The notes: generated from the letters alone by a model not told the origin. Shown: positions 39,592-50,616, counted from the stretch's first letter. The stretch: DNA of 64,000 nt from an uncultured Planctomycetota bacterium (GCA_963737655.1 CAVTTN010000002.1:4576001-4640000); one strand, 5' to 3'. Made by a program: numbers and translations.

Positions 39592-40026
39592 ATGCGGCTT
39601 TCCGGCTTTCTCGCGTGTCTGATCGTTCTGGGCATATCATGCACCTGCAATGCCCAGGTTTCTATCACATCCCCTCAAGCGGGTGCCATCAATCCCAACA
39701 CCGATATCACGATTGCGGGTTCGGTGACGTGGGACAATTCCAAGGTGTCGCTCTCGTCGGTCCAGTACACCATCGTCGAGACCGACCAGACCGGTAACAT
39801 GGCCATCAACACCCCCGTCCCGGCCACCACCAACAACATTCCGGCCGGCACCGCACCACCCTATAACTTCAGCTACAAGAAAGTGATGACGACGCCGACA
39901 CCTGCGGCGGGGCAGACTCGGTATTACAAGGTCGAAGTGCTCGCCAAATTCAGCGATGGCAGCCAGGCCCTTGATAGCGAGTCTTTCACGGTTTCTTCTC
40001 CGGGTGGCGGCGGAGGGGGAACCTGA
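39592..40026 (+). CDS. Small secreted beta-sandwich (Ig-like) hypothetical protein
   Basis: AGGAG RBS, signal peptide, VSITSP....ITIAG pattern, Gly-rich tail. Confidence 0.7.
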   Translation: MRLSGFLACLIVLGISCTCNAQVSITSPQAGAINPNTDITIAGSVTWDNSKVSLSSVQYTIVETDQTGNMAINTPVPATTNNIPAGTAPPYNFSYKKVMTTPTPAAGQTRYYKVEVLAKFSDGSQALDSESFTVSSPGGGGGGT

Positions 40027-40127
40027 TCTCGCTCTTAGAACGAGTACCCATCTCGTTGATCTAGATTCTTAGAAAAGAGCTTTGACTCTCGCACATTATC
40101 GAGTCTGAAGCTCGAAAGGCGACTAGC

Positions 40128-40157
40128 CCTCTCCTTCATCACGAGGGAGAGGTTTTT
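40128..40157 (+). terminator. Probable intrinsic terminator
   Basis: cctctcc/ggagagg stem followed by TTTTT. Confidence 0.55.
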
Positions 40158-40201
40158 CTACGCATCGAAGTGCGTCGTAATACGATGACTCCGACTAGCC
40201 C

Positions 40202-40651
40202 TTAAATCAGCCGGCGGCTGTCCAGGAGCAGGGTCACGGGGCCGTCGTTGACGAGCTCGACCTCCATGTCGGCGCCGAATTCGCCGGTCGGGACGTCAAG
40301 TCCGGCGGCTCGGAGCCGGGCCGCGAACCGCTCGTAGAGCCGCTCGGCCTCGGCCGGCTCGGCGGCGGCGATAAAACTCGGGCGGCGGCCCTTGCGACAG
40401 TCGGCCAGCAGGGTGAACTGGCTGACGGCCAGGACCGCGCCCCGGGCCTCGCGGACGTCCCGGTTCATCTTGCCGTCGTCGTCGGCGAAGGCGCGGAGGT
40501 TGGCGACCTTGTCGGCCAGGCGGTCGGCGTCGTCGTCCGAATCGCCGGTCTCGACTCCCACCAAGGCGAGCCAGCCCGCGCCGATCCGGCCGATGGATCG
40601 GCCTTCGACGCGGACCTCGGCCCGTTTCACCCTCTGGAGGACGATCCTCAT
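40202..40651 (-). CDS. dtd: D-aminoacyl-tRNA deacylase
   Basis: [24 protein letters not shown]. Confidence 0.97.
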   Translation of the reverse strand: MRIVLQRVKRAEVRVEGRSIGRIGAGWLALVGVETGDSDDDADRLADKVANLRAFADDDGKMNRDVREARGAVLAVSQFTLLADCRKGRRPSFIAAAEPAEAERLYERFAARLRAAGLDVPTGEFGADMEVELVNDGPVTLLLDSRRLI

Positions 40652-40657
40652 CTCAGG

Positions 40658-42673
40658 TCACACGGCCACGGCCGGGGCCGGCTCGTCGGCCTCCTCGCGG
40701 GTCTTGTAGTCGGCCGGGAGGCGATTGCCGGCGTACTCGGGCGCGGTCCACGTCGGGAGGTCGCAGAGGCCGCCTCCGCAATACAGGTGGTGCCAGAGCT
40801 GGATCGAGACCACGCTGGTCAGGCCCAGGTCCATCACGAACCGGCGGAGCGTGACTCGCGGCATCATCCTCTGCCGGGAGACCTCGCGGAGGACCGATTT
40901 CGGGTCAAAATACCCCGTCTCCTTCAGCGATTCGGGGCTGAGGAGCTGATCGACCCATTTCGGCCGATGGGGCCCGAGGAAGGTTTGCGAGAGGCTGGAC
41001 CGGAACATCGTCTTGGGCCGGTTGGCGATCCGGTTCGGCAGGGTCTTGGCCGCGACCTGCCGCAAGATCCATTTCTCGGTCCGGCCGTGGAGCTTGTACT
41101 CGGGGGCGATCCCCGCGCAGAACTGGATCACGTCGTCATCGAGGAACGGGTAACGGGCCTCGACCGAGTTATGCATGGCCACGCGGTCGCCCTTGGCCAT
41201 CATCAACAGGCCCGCGAGCATCATCTTGTAGCCGACGTAGAGCGACTGGTTCAGCGGGTGCCAGCGGCCGATGCGGTCGTTGGAGATGTCCAGGTCTTCA
41301 TATGGCGTGTGCGCGCCCAGGCGGTTCCACATCGACTGGTCGTAGAGCAGCGGCCGGGCCTGGCCGATCAGGTCGTAGAGCTCCTGCTGGGCGGGCCGGA
41401 CGCCTCGCATCGGCCGGAGGTCGGCGCGGTGCTCGGCCCCTCCGCCGACGAGGCCCAGGATCAGCCCCCGGAAGGCGTTCAGGGGCGACCGGCCGATCCG
41501 TTTCAGGAGCCGTTCCTTGAACATCTGCCCCTTGAACCAGACGTAGCCGGCCAGGGCCTCGTCGGCCCCCTCGCCCGTGAGGGCGACCTTGTATCCCTGG
41601 TCGTGGACGGCGCCGGCCAGCCTCATCAGGGCGGCGCACGAGGTGTCCATCACCGGACCTTCGGCGGCGGTGACGAGCTCGGGGAACGCCTCGGCGACGC
41701 TCGCCTTGTTCATCGTGACGGTCGTCAGAGGCGATCCCAGGACGTTCGCCGCCTCGGTGGACTCGGCCCGTTCGTCCGGGCCGGCCTTGTCGAATCCGAT
41801 CGTGAACGAGGGGACGGCGCGGCCTCTCTGGCGTGAGCTCAGGCCGAGGACGACCGTCGAATCCAGCCCCCCGCTGATGTAGCTGACGACCGGCACGTCG
41901 CCGCGGAGCCGGCGCTCGACAGCCTGCCTGAGGAGGTGTTCGAGCTCGTCCACCAGGGGGGCGGGGTCGGTCATCCGGCGTTCCTCGCCGGCATCGGGGA
42001 AGTCCAGGTCCCAGTACTGGTGCATGGAGACCCGGCCGTCGCGGACCCTGAGGAAGTGGCCCGGAGGCAGGCACTTCACGCCCTCGAAGCAGGTGCGCCT
42101 GGTGCTGGCGCAGAAGAACGAGAAGAAGTAGTCGAGCCCGGCGGGGTCCGGCCGGGCGTCCACCAGCCCGCTGGAGAGCAACGCCTTGATCTCCGAGCCC
42201 CAGAGGAGCCAGCCGTCTCGCTCGGCGTAGTAGAGCGGGCAGATGCCGACGCGGTCCCGGCCGAGGATCAGGGTCCGGGTGTTGCGGTCCCACAGGGAGA
42301 CGGCGAACTGGCCCCGGGCCCGGGCGAACATCCCCTCGTGGTGGTCCTCGTAGAGGTGGACCCACGCCTCGGTGTCGCAGCGGGTGGCGAGGTGGTGGCC
42401 TCGGGCGAGGAGGTCGTGGCGGAGCTCGGGGTACTCGAAGAGCTCGCCGTTGAAGGCGACCCAGATCGATCCGTCCTCGTTGGAGAGCGGCTGGCGGCCG
42501 CCGGCCAGGTCGATGATCGACAGCCGACGGGCCCCGAGGGCCACGCCCGGCTCCTGGTGGACCTGCTCGTCATCGGGGCCGCGATGGGCGATCGCCCCGG
42601 TCATCGCCAGGAGGCGATCGGTGGAGAAGTCCCGCCTCCCGGACAGGTCGAACGCGCCGGCGATTCCGCACAT
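40658..42673 (-). CDS. asnB: Asparagine synthase (glutamine-hydrolysing)
   Basis: N-terminal MCGIAG, HRGPD, RLSIID, SGGLDS, TGEGADE, EARYPFLD. Confidence 0.95.
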   Translation of the reverse strand: MCGIAGAFDLSGRRDFSTDRLLAMTGAIAHRGPDDEQVHQEPGVALGARRLSIIDLAGGRQPLSNEDGSIWVAFNGELFEYPELRHDLLARGHHLATRCDTEAWVHLYEDHHEGMFARARGQFAVSLWDRNTRTLILGRDRVGICPLYYAERDGWLLWGSEIKALLSSGLVDARPDPAGLDYFFSFFCASTRRTCFEGVKCLPPGHFLRVRDGRVSMHQYWDLDFPDAGEERRMTDPAPLVDELEHLLRQAVERRLRGDVPVVSYISGGLDSTVVLGLSSRQRGRAVPSFTIGFDKAGPDERAESTEAANVLGSPLTTVTMNKASVAEAFPELVTAAEGPVMDTSCAALMRLAGAVHDQGYKVALTGEGADEALAGYVWFKGQMFKERLLKRIGRSPLNAFRGLILGLVGGGAEHRADLRPMRGVRPAQQELYDLIGQARPLLYDQSMWNRLGAHTPYEDLDISNDRIGRWHPLNQSLYVGYKMMLAGLLMMAKGDRVAMHNSVEARYPFLDDDVIQFCAGIAPEYKLHGRTEKWILRQVAAKTLPNRIANRPKTMFRSSLSQTFLGPHRPKWVDQLLSPESLKETGYFDPKSVLREVSRQRMMPRVTLRRFVMDLGLTSVVSIQLWHHLYCGGGLCDLPTWTAPEYAGNRLPADYKTREEADEPAPAVAV

Positions 42674-42840
42674 GGTGATCTAGGCTCCGAGAAAGGGCGA
42701 AGACGCGCCGGGAGAGGGCGGCCTCGACGGTCCTGGGCGTCCGGGGCGAATTCCCGTCAACCCTACCCCATTCTACCCGACCCGACCCCCGGGAAGCGAA
42801 TTCCGGAGGGGCCGAGGACGGCCCGGCCGCTCCGGGCCGC

Positions 42841-42999
42841 TCAATCGGCGCGATCGGACTTCGCCGCGAGCTTCACGCCGCCCTGGGCCCGACGGCGCTT
42901 GCGGGCTCGGCGATAGGCCCAGCCTCCCTGGAAGGCGACCCAGCCTCCTCCGAGCCGGAAGAGGACGCCTCGGACGCCGACCGGGACATAAAATGCCAT
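42841..42999 (-). CDS. Candidate small protein (52 aa) overlapping the C-N hydrolase 3' end
   Basis: MAFYVPVGVRGVLFRLGGGWVAFQGGWAYRRARKRRRAQGGVKLAAKSDRAD; GAGG upstream of the ATG. Confidence 0.4.
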   Translation of the reverse strand: MAFYVPVGVRGVLFRLGGGWVAFQGGWAYRRARKRRRAQGGVKLAAKSDRAD

Positions 43000-43850
43000 G
43001 ACTTCGGGCCTCGCTTCGAATGGAGGGTGATCTCGCCGAGCAAAACCTCTTCGCCCGATCCCGCCTGGTGGCGACCCGAGTGCCGGCCGTCGGCGATCCG
43101 GCTCGACCCGGCGAAGTCGTCGCGGATCGAGTCGCGGAGGAGGTTGCCGAGGTACGGGACGATCGTCCGGGTCTCGCCGCACTGGTTCGCGAAGACCACC
43201 GGGATGCCCAGGTCCGCCGCCACCTTCTCCGGGATCGTCCCGGCGAGCGGCCCGACGTGGCCGAACAGCCAGTGCCTCACCCCGCTGAGCCGGCAGGTGA
43301 ACCGGGGCCACGCCGAGGCGATCAGGGCCAGGTCGATCCGGTCGCGATAGTCGTCCCAGACCCGCCGATAGATCATGTCCGCGCAGATCGAGAGCCCAAC
43401 CCGTCCGAACGGGGTCTTGACCACGAGGGGCTCGGTCCCCTTGCGGAACCGGAACGGCTCCCAGAAGACGAGGTTCCGCTTGCGGTAGCAGTCGATGCAG
43501 CCGTCGGGCTGGATCAGGGCCATCGCGTCGTAGAGGTCGGGGCCGTCGCTCTCGACGAATCCCAGGGCGATGGTCATCCCCCAGGCCCGGGCCCGATCGG
43601 CCATGAGGCGGAGGGTGGGACCGTCCCGGGGCTCGGCCAGCGGCCCGAAATCGTCGAGGAACCCGTAGCCGGAGAGGCACATCTCGGGCAGGACGGCCAG
43701 CTCGGCCCCGGCGTCGCGGGCCTGCTTCAGGAGGTGTTCGACGCGCCCGAGGTTGGCGGCGATGGACCCGGGCTCGGCGGCCATCTGGATTGCGGCGGCG
43801 GCGATCTTCAAGGGCGTCTCTCCCGACGGGCCCGGCCCGTCGCCGATCAA
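42873..43850 (-). CDS. Carbon-nitrogen hydrolase (nitrilase superfamily)
   Basis: Triad motifs LPEM, YRK and ICAD; TTG start overlaps the upstream stop. Confidence 0.9.
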   Translation of the reverse strand: MIGDGPGPSGETPLKIAAAAIQMAAEPGSIAANLGRVEHLLKQARDAGAELAVLPEMCLSGYGFLDDFGPLAEPRDGPTLRLMADRARAWGMTIALGFVESDGPDLYDAMALIQPDGCIDCYRKRNLVFWEPFRFRKGTEPLVVKTPFGRVGLSICADMIYRRVWDDYRDRIDLALIASAWPRFTCRLSGVRHWLFGHVGPLAGTIPEKVAADLGIPVVFANQCGETRTIVPYLGNLLRDSIRDDFAGSSRIADGRHSGRHQAGSGEEVLLGEITLHSKRGPKSWHFMSRSASEASSSGSEEAGSPSREAGPIAEPASAVGPRAA

Positions 43851-44341
43851 TTCCAGGCGTTTCTCAGGTCGTCCATCTTGTCCTGGAACCATCCGAGGAG
43901 GCCCTTGCGTCTGGCGGGCAGCGGCTGCTGTCCTTGTATACGCAATCCCTGGGCCCGATCGAGCAATTGGTCCTGCGGGGGCGGAACGGCCGGCTCGATC
44001 TTGTAGTTGAACTCGCGCTCGTCCCGCAGGGTGAACGGGACGACGTTCTCGGTGAAGAAGTCGGTGAGGATGTTGTCCCACCAGGGGGCGTCGATCGGTT
44101 GGAGGATCTTCTTCTGGGTGCCGTCGGGGGCGATCAGGGTCACGTCGCGGGTGCCGTAATAGGTGAAGCTCTTGGACACCGGCGACGCGCCGATCTCCGC
44201 CCCGTTGACCAGCACGAGGGCCCCCGGCGGGTCGGTCCGGATCGTGTATCGGCGTTTCACGCACCCCGAAGCGCCCGAGGAGGCCAGCGCCGCCAGGGCG
44301 ATCGAGGCGACGACTCGGCCTCGCGATCCTCTGCCGCCCAT
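43847..44341 (-). CDS. PEGA-domain lipoprotein
   Basis: Lipobox ASGC; IRTDPPGALVLVNG..IG.SPV...FTYYG. Confidence 0.85.
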   Translation of the reverse strand: MGGRGSRGRVVASIALAALASSGASGCVKRRYTIRTDPPGALVLVNGAEIGASPVSKSFTYYGTRDVTLIAPDGTQKKILQPIDAPWWDNILTDFFTENVVPFTLRDEREFNYKIEPAVPPPQDQLLDRAQGLRIQGQQPLPARRKGLLGWFQDKMDDLRNAWN

Positions 44342-44656
44342 CCTCGGCCTCCGTGCCCGGGCCCGTTCTCAACTCGGGGCGCATCCCGCGGTCGCCCCGT
44401 CCTCGGCCTCCTTGCCGGTCTCGGGCGCATCCTAGCCGAGAGCGACGATCCGAACAAGGCGGCTTGGGACGGGGACCGATTCCCCGCGGGCATCTTCGCG
44501 AAGATGTAAGCATGCCTTGGATGGAGGCGGGGCCCGCTCACGAGGCCCAACGCATGCCCCGCGGCCACGAGCCTTCGAGGCCGTGAGACCCCTTGGCGCG
44601 GCGGAGGCATGCTTGCCATGATGGCTTGCTTCCCGAACGGATTTGGAGCGCCTCCC

Positions 44657-46135
44657 ATGAGAGTGTCCGCCGCGATCGCCCCCCTGCAATCCGTCTCCTC
44701 GACCTGGCAGGCCGTCGGCCTCCACGAGGGCGAGCCGGTCCCCCCGGGCTTCCCGTTCCCCGAGATCGTCGGCCCTCTCCTGGAAACCAAGGACCTCTCG
44801 GGCGCGATCGGCGAGGCGGTGCCCCTGTTCGGGATCGGCCGCTCCGGCGGCTCGGTCCTCGTCTTCGGACTCGGTCCGAAGGGGACGTTCGACGCCGGGG
44901 CCGCCTTCCGCGCCGGGGTGGCGGTGGCGAAGAAGCTGGCCAGCCGCCAGCGATCGTCCGTCGCGATCGCGTTGCCCTCGTCGGCGGACCCGGCGGCGAT
45001 CGCCTCGGCCCTGGTGGAGGGGGCGATCGTCGGCACGGTCGGGCCGGGCCTGCGTAAGGCCGACCCGGGCCGCCACCCGTTCGAGTCGCTGATCCTGGTC
45101 GCGCCCCCGGGCGCCGACCTGGACGAGGGGGCGCTGGGCCGGGCCGTGGCCCGGGGCCGGGTCGTCGGCGAGGCGGTGAATCTTGCCCGGACCCTGGCCA
45201 ATCTGCCCCCGGCCGAGAAGGCCCCGGTCGATCTCGCCCAGCGGTCGGCCGCCCTCGCCCGGGACGCCGGGCTTTCGGTCGAGGTCTGGGACCGCGATCG
45301 CCTGGTCGAGGAGCGATTCGGGGGCGTCCTGGCCGTGGCGGCCGGTTCGGACCAACCGCCGGCGTTCGTCGCCCTGGAACACCGGGGCGGAGGGGACTCG
45401 CCCGCGATCGCCTTGATCGGCAAGGGCGTGACGTTCGACTCCGGCGGCCTGTCGCTGAAGCCCTCGGCGTCGATGGAGGACATGAAATGCGACATGACCG
45501 GCGCGGCGGTGGTCCTGGCCGTCCTGCGGGCCGCCTCGCAGCTCCGGTTGCCGGTGAACGTCTCCGGCTACTTCGCCCTGACGGAGAACATGACCGGAGG
45601 CCGGGCGATGAAGCTGGGCGACGTCCTCTCGATGAGGAACGGCCTGACGGTCGAGGTCATGAATACCGACGCCGAAGGGCGGCTCGTCCTGGCCGACATC
45701 CTCACGTTCGCCTCGGAGCAGAAGCCGTCGCGGATGATCGACCTGGCCACGCTCACCGGGGCCTGCATGGTCGCCCTGGGGTCGAAGATCGCCGGGCTGT
45801 TCGCGAACGATCCCGCCCTGGCCGGCGAGATCCTCAACGCCTGTCGCGCCTCCGGGGAGAGGGCCTGGCGGATGCCGCTGGATGACGACTTCGCCGAGGG
45901 CCTCAAGAGCAAGGTCGCCGACGTCAAGAATGTCGGCGGGAAGTACGGCGGGGCGATCACCGCGGCGAAGTTCCTCCAGAAGTTCGTGGGCGAGACCCCC
46001 TGGGCGCACCTGGACATCGCCGGGCCGAGCTGGGCCGACGACGATTCGGCGACCCGCGACGCCGGCGGGACCGGATGCTTCGTGCGGACGTTGATCGCCC
46101 TGCTGGAAGCCGCAGGCAGTTCGAGCGCGGCCTGA
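44657..46135 (+). CDS. pepA: Leucyl aminopeptidase (M17)
   Basis: GKGVTFDSGG, MKCDM.GAA, NTDAEGRL, DLATLTGA, HLDIAG. Confidence 0.96.
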   Translation: MRVSAAIAPLQSVSSTWQAVGLHEGEPVPPGFPFPEIVGPLLETKDLSGAIGEAVPLFGIGRSGGSVLVFGLGPKGTFDAGAAFRAGVAVAKKLASRQRSSVAIALPSSADPAAIASALVEGAIVGTVGPGLRKADPGRHPFESLILVAPPGADLDEGALGRAVARGRVVGEAVNLARTLANLPPAEKAPVDLAQRSAALARDAGLSVEVWDRDRLVEERFGGVLAVAAGSDQPPAFVALEHRGGGDSPAIALIGKGVTFDSGGLSLKPSASMEDMKCDMTGAAVVLAVLRAASQLRLPVNVSGYFALTENMTGGRAMKLGDVLSMRNGLTVEVMNTDAEGRLVLADILTFASEQKPSRMIDLATLTGACMVALGSKIAGLFANDPALAGEILNACRASGERAWRMPLDDDFAEGLKSKVADVKNVGGKYGGAITAAKFLQKFVGETPWAHLDIAGPSWADDDSATRDAGGTGCFVRTLIALLEAAGSSSAA

Positions 46136-46177
46136 GCGGTCGAAAGCGCGGGAGGCGAGCGAGATCGGGCGGGGAGG

Positions 46178-46630
46178 TCAGCCGGCCTGCGAGAGTCGGG
46201 TCGCGAACTGGCATTCGATCCGTCGGCTGTTGATGTCCAGCATCTCCAGGATGCGGAGCACCTCATCCATCTCGAGGTCCTCGTCGATCGCCCAGCAGAG
46301 GACGTCGAGGTTCTCCCACCGGGCCTTCAGTCTCCAGAGGATCTCGTCGATCAGGTCCGAGTCCTGGAATTCGCGCTGGAGGAGGCCGAAATCGTCGTGG
46401 TCGAGCTCGATCCAGAAGGTGCGGCCCTGGAGGTGTTCGAGCCATCGGTCGCGGAGGAAGCCGTTCCAGTGCTCGCGGACCCACCGGCGTATGGCCCACT
46501 CTCCCAGGTCCCGGCCCGCCTTCTCGCTCTCGATCCACTTGAACTGAAGGGCTTCCACTTCGCCCTGGATGTGGATGCTCTGCCGGGACGACGTCCTCGT
46601 CGCGAGCGTCATCGGACTACATTGACACAT
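46178..46630 (-). CDS. Conserved hypothetical protein (DUF4032-like 'KWIESEKAGRDLG' motif)
   Basis: GGAGG RBS; Trp-rich helical sequence. Confidence 0.75.
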   Translation of the reverse strand: MCQCSPMTLATRTSSRQSIHIQGEVEALQFKWIESEKAGRDLGEWAIRRWVREHWNGFLRDRWLEHLQGRTFWIELDHDDFGLLQREFQDSDLIDEILWRLKARWENLDVLCWAIDEDLEMDEVLRILEMLDINSRRIECQFATRLSQAG

Positions 46631-46890
46631 CGAGACCTCCCTCAGCCCGGTGGCCTTCGCCGTGTATCGAGGCCGATTCTAGCCGTCGGCCCGGAAACGA
46701 CAAGGCGGATCGGAGCCGAGATCATCATCGCGACAACCCGGGGCGGCGGGCCGTCGTCCGAGGAAGCGAACCCGGGCTCTAGAATACCTTACGGTCCGAC
46801 CCTAACCGATTGTTGAGGACATTGCAAGAATTGTGCCATTTTCATCGATACATTCAAGCCGATCAATCCATGACAGACGTCGAGACCGCC

Positions 46891-48854
46891 TTAATTGTCT
46901 CGGGGACCCTCGCCGAACCAGGCCAATTCCCGGCCGATGAAGACCGCCACACCCTGCGGAGACGCCGCGAGGGGGCCCAGAGTCCCTTCCGCCACGGCGC
47001 GCCATCGCACCTTGCCACTCAACTCCGAACAAATGAGATGGACGCCTTGCCGGGTGATGCGGATCGCCTCGCCGTCGGGCCCGGGCACGAATTCGCTGGG
47101 AGCGTCCTCGGCCTTGCCCTGGCCGCGGAGGTGGCCGGTGCCGTCGTAGGATAGGGCCCGGCCGTCGGGTGCGGTCACGACGACCCGTTTGCCGATCCTG
47201 AGGAGTTGCCAGCCCTCCCAGACCACCGGCGTCTCCCACATGACCTGGCCGTCGAGCGTGTGGCCTCGGAGGACTTGCTCGCGACGGGCCAGGGTGACCC
47301 AGGCGAGCCCGGGAGGGGCCTCGGCCGGGGCCGCCACCAGGCAGAGCGGCTCGGCCGGCTCGGACCGGTACATCCCGGCGGGTTCGCCGGCGGCATCGAG
47401 GATGCGCAGAGTCCCGCCGTCGTCGGTCAGGGCCACGAGGTTCCCCGAGCCCAGCGCCAGGTCTTCCACGGGGCTCCTCAATTCCTGCCGCCAGACCCAC
47501 CGGCCGGCGATCGTGGCCCGGCCCACGCGGTCCCGTTCCTGGACGATCGCCATGCCGAACGTGTCGGGCCGGAGCGCCAGGTGCGTGAGATTCACGAGGT
47601 TCAGGTCGAGCCGATTGGTCCCGTGGCGGCGGGCGTCGTAGACGACGAGGTTGCGGTCCGTCGCCGAGACGATCCAGCCCGGGGCGGTCCTCAGGATGCG
47701 GCCGACTCCGGCGCAATCGGGGGCCTGGCCGAGGAGTTCCGCCTCCGTGGTGAACACTTGAAGACGCGAGGTGTTCGGGAACACGCCGATCCGGGGCGGA
47801 TCGTCGAGGATGGCCAGGACGGCCGTCTCGGCCTGGTCGTCGGACTGGGCCAAGGAGACCGTCCAATCGGGCCGGCGGACCGTGCCCGACCGCTCTCCGC
47901 TGGCCCGGGCCGCCGCCGCGGCGGGACGCTTCGGCGGGGTCGGCGGCTTCGAGCCATCGAAGTCCATCCGAACGATCTCGCCCGTCGAATGCCCATAGTA
48001 GAGGAACCGCCCCAAGGCGTCGACTTCCAGCGCGATGGCCGGGCGATTCAACGTCGTCTTCCACTTCACGTTGCCGCCGGAATTCAGGAGCAGCAGGTCG
48101 CCCTCGGTCGTGGCCACGGCGAACGACCGGCCGACGAAGTCGGGGACGGCGTGGGCGGCGGTCCCTCCGAGGTGATAGGAACCCTCGTTCACGCCCTGGA
48201 GGTCGTACCTCTGGACGCCGTGGGTGAAGCACGAGGTCAAGACCATCCCGCCATCGCCGCTGACGGCGAGGCGGCCGACGTTCGACGACAGCTTCTCCTC
48301 CCAGATCACCTCCGGATCGAGCCCCCCGGCGGCGGTCTCCCCCAGTTCGATGGCCGCGAGCAGGCCGTAAGTCGCCGCGCCGAGCAGGAGCGGCTGGGAC
48401 GGGACGAACCGGAGGTGAGCCAGCCCCTGGCGGGTCTCCACCTTGCCGGCGGGCTTGCCGTGGCGGGTGAAGAACGCGGTCTCCGGCCCCTTCGACCCCA
48501 CGGCCACGAATCGGCCGTGAGGGTCGATCGTCACCGAGACGGCATCGCTCGGCCCGGGGCGATCGTCCACCGGGTCGAGCTCGGCCCGAGGAACAGGAGC
48601 CGGGATTTCGGCAGGAGCAGGGCCGCGAGCGAGCCGTCGTCGCTGATCGCCGCCGAGACGATCTTGTCCGGGGCCCGGGAGGTCAGCCGCCGTTCGCCGT
48701 CGGGTCCGATCAGATAGAGATGGCCGCCCTCGTCCCAGGCCAGCAACAGCCCGGCCTCGCGAGCCAGGGCCAGGCCGAGCAACGGGGCGTCGGTCAAGAC
48801 GGTCCAGGACCGCGAAACGTCCATCCGGGAAGTCGGGCGAGGGCCGTCGGCCAT
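46891..48854 (-). CDS. Double beta-propeller (WD40/PQQ-like) protein; 1-nt deletion near 48585
   Basis: ORFs 48531-48854 and 46891-48570 join to give LFLGPELDPVDDR; repeated W-ending blades. Confidence 0.8.
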
Positions 48855-48891
48855 GTCTTGAGTCTACAGCACTCGCGGCGATTTGGGAATT

Positions 48892-48968
48892 CTCGCCGAA
48901 TTCGATCGTCGGCGCCTCGGCCCTTCGCCCGAGACCTTCGCCGCGAGCCGTCCGGTGGCGGGCACGTC
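48892..48968. repeat. Direct repeat copy of a ctpA 3' segment (partner 51030-51107)
   Basis: 77 vs 78 bp with about 4 substitutions and 1 indel. Confidence 0.9.
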
Positions 48969-49941
48969 GAGGTCTTCAAGGTGACCGACGATTCCGAAAC
49001 GATCACGTGGCGTGGCATTTCGTACAACCTGATTCGATCCGCGATCGCCGGGCGTCCTGAAATGACTTCGGCGGCGGCGGACCGGGTTGGGTTCGTCCAT
49101 GCTTCGCATGGGCTGCGGGTCCTGGGGACGGCGCCCGCCTTCGGCCGGACCACGACCGAGCTGGGGGCCGCAACCTTTGTCTCCGAGGAGAGTACCCCGC
49201 TCCGTCCTCCCCATTCGACCGATCGGAAACCTCTTTCGCAACACATTGCGATCCAAGAACCCCATTTTCGGTGATTTCCAGGTCCTCCGCGCCCCTCTCC
49301 TCGACTTGAGGGTTACGCACAATTGTTCCTCAGATGCACCACCGTATTCCAACCACTTGACTCAAATGCTTCACGTTCCCGACCGATTCGTGACACAAGA
49401 ACCCAAACCACCCCGCGGAGGACGATAAATTCGACCAATGGAATGGTAAAGCACGATCCATCACACAAATCGCATGTTCAATCAAGTCATTCATCCCGAG
49501 GCGGCCCTGACGCAAGGTTCTGCCTGAATTGGACATCGGTCTCGATTCCTCCTGGACCGCAGCGACCGCCTTCGTGCTCCGGGTCGAGGAGTTTCTATCT
49601 CAATATGACTAAAATGCGGATGTAAAATCTGTTTTTATCTTGCGAAAGGGGTCGGCCTCGGTCATCATCGTCCCAGGCCAGCTCCTTCGCCGGGGAGTTG
49701 GCGTCCGCCGAGGCGGCTTTGGGGAATGTTCCGACTCGATGTTGAGTCGCCCTGGAAATTCCCCTGACTCGCAGTTCGGGAATCCCGTCGCCGGTCGCCT
49801 GTCTGGGACGGGCCCGGATTGTCGTGTTTGAGACGGGGCCGTGACCAGTCGCGATCCTGCCTGCCGCCCGCCCGCTAGCACGATCCAGTTGTTCTGGTCG
49901 CTATAAAGTCCAAGCCACGCACCCCGAACGGAACCCACGCC

Positions 49942-50616
49942 ATGCGCATCGCTCTGAGTCGCCTCCTCGCTCTCGGGATCGTCGGCCTGTCACTCACCGT
50001 GAGTGCTCGAGCCGACATGGTCACTTATTCCTTCACGGTCCCCGAGACGTCCGTCCCGTTCTCGACGACCCAGCCGCTTCAGCTGTTCAACACGAACCTG
50101 GGGACGCTGACGGGCGTCACGATCACGATCGACACGTCGGCCACCGCCTCGATCGTCGTCTACAATTTCAGCGGGGCCAGTCAGACCTTCACGAACGCCT
50201 CGGCCGACATCCCCGTCGAGGGGACCGGACCGGCCGGCGCGAACCTCACTGCGGAGCCCACGGCCTACCTGGCCTCGGGCACCATCGGATCGGGGGTTGG
50301 GCCTTACACCTACTCCGGACTGACGTCGACGGCCTCGAGCTCGGTGATGGTTCCTTCCGGGAGCTTCGCCGCCTATGAAGGTCCCGGCACGTTCTTCGCC
50401 GACTTCACGCTGGCCGCGCCCACGGGGACGTTCTCGGGGTCGTCGGCCCCGGGGGTCGCGTTCACAGGGATCGCCAAAGCGGGGGGCACCCTGAGTGTGA
50501 CCTACTCCTACAACTCCGTCCCCGAGCCGGCCAGCATGACGATCCTGGCGTCCGGGCTGGTTCTGGGCGGGATCTCTCGCTTCCGCAAGGGCCGCCGGAC
50601 CATCTCGGCCGTTTGA
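49942..50616 (+). CDS. PEP-CTERM sorting protein (choice-of-anchor E-like)
   Basis: Signal peptide; FNTNLGTLTGV; SVTYSY; VPEPAS + TM + RFRKGRR. Confidence 0.92.
   Translation: MRIALSRLLALGIVGLSLTVSARADMVTYSFTVPETSVPFSTTQPLQLFNTNLGTLTGVTITIDTSATASIVVYNFSGASQTFTNASADIPVEGTGPAGANLTAEPTAYLASGTIGSGVGPYTYSGLTSTASSSVMVPSGSFAAYEGPGTFFADFTLAAPTGTFSGSSAPGVAFTGIAKAGGTLSVTYSYNSVPEPASMTILASGLVLGGISRFRKGRRTISAV

Noticed and set aside
40120..40202. 11-bp direct repeat cgactagccct (40120-40130, 40192-40202) as a target-site duplication
   Set aside because: It encloses only ~60 bp, and I saw no partner at the left end of the low-GC islet.
40658..42999. asnB plus small peptide as a lasso-peptide cluster
   Set aside because: AsnB keeps its N-terminal Cys glutaminase domain, there is no B protein or RRE, and the peptide lacks a lasso leader/core pattern.
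48970..49940. Riboswitch or ncRNA in the long non-coding region before the PEP-CTERM gene
   Set aside because: I could not match c-di-GMP, cobalamin or other consensus motifs by eye; an Infernal scan is needed.
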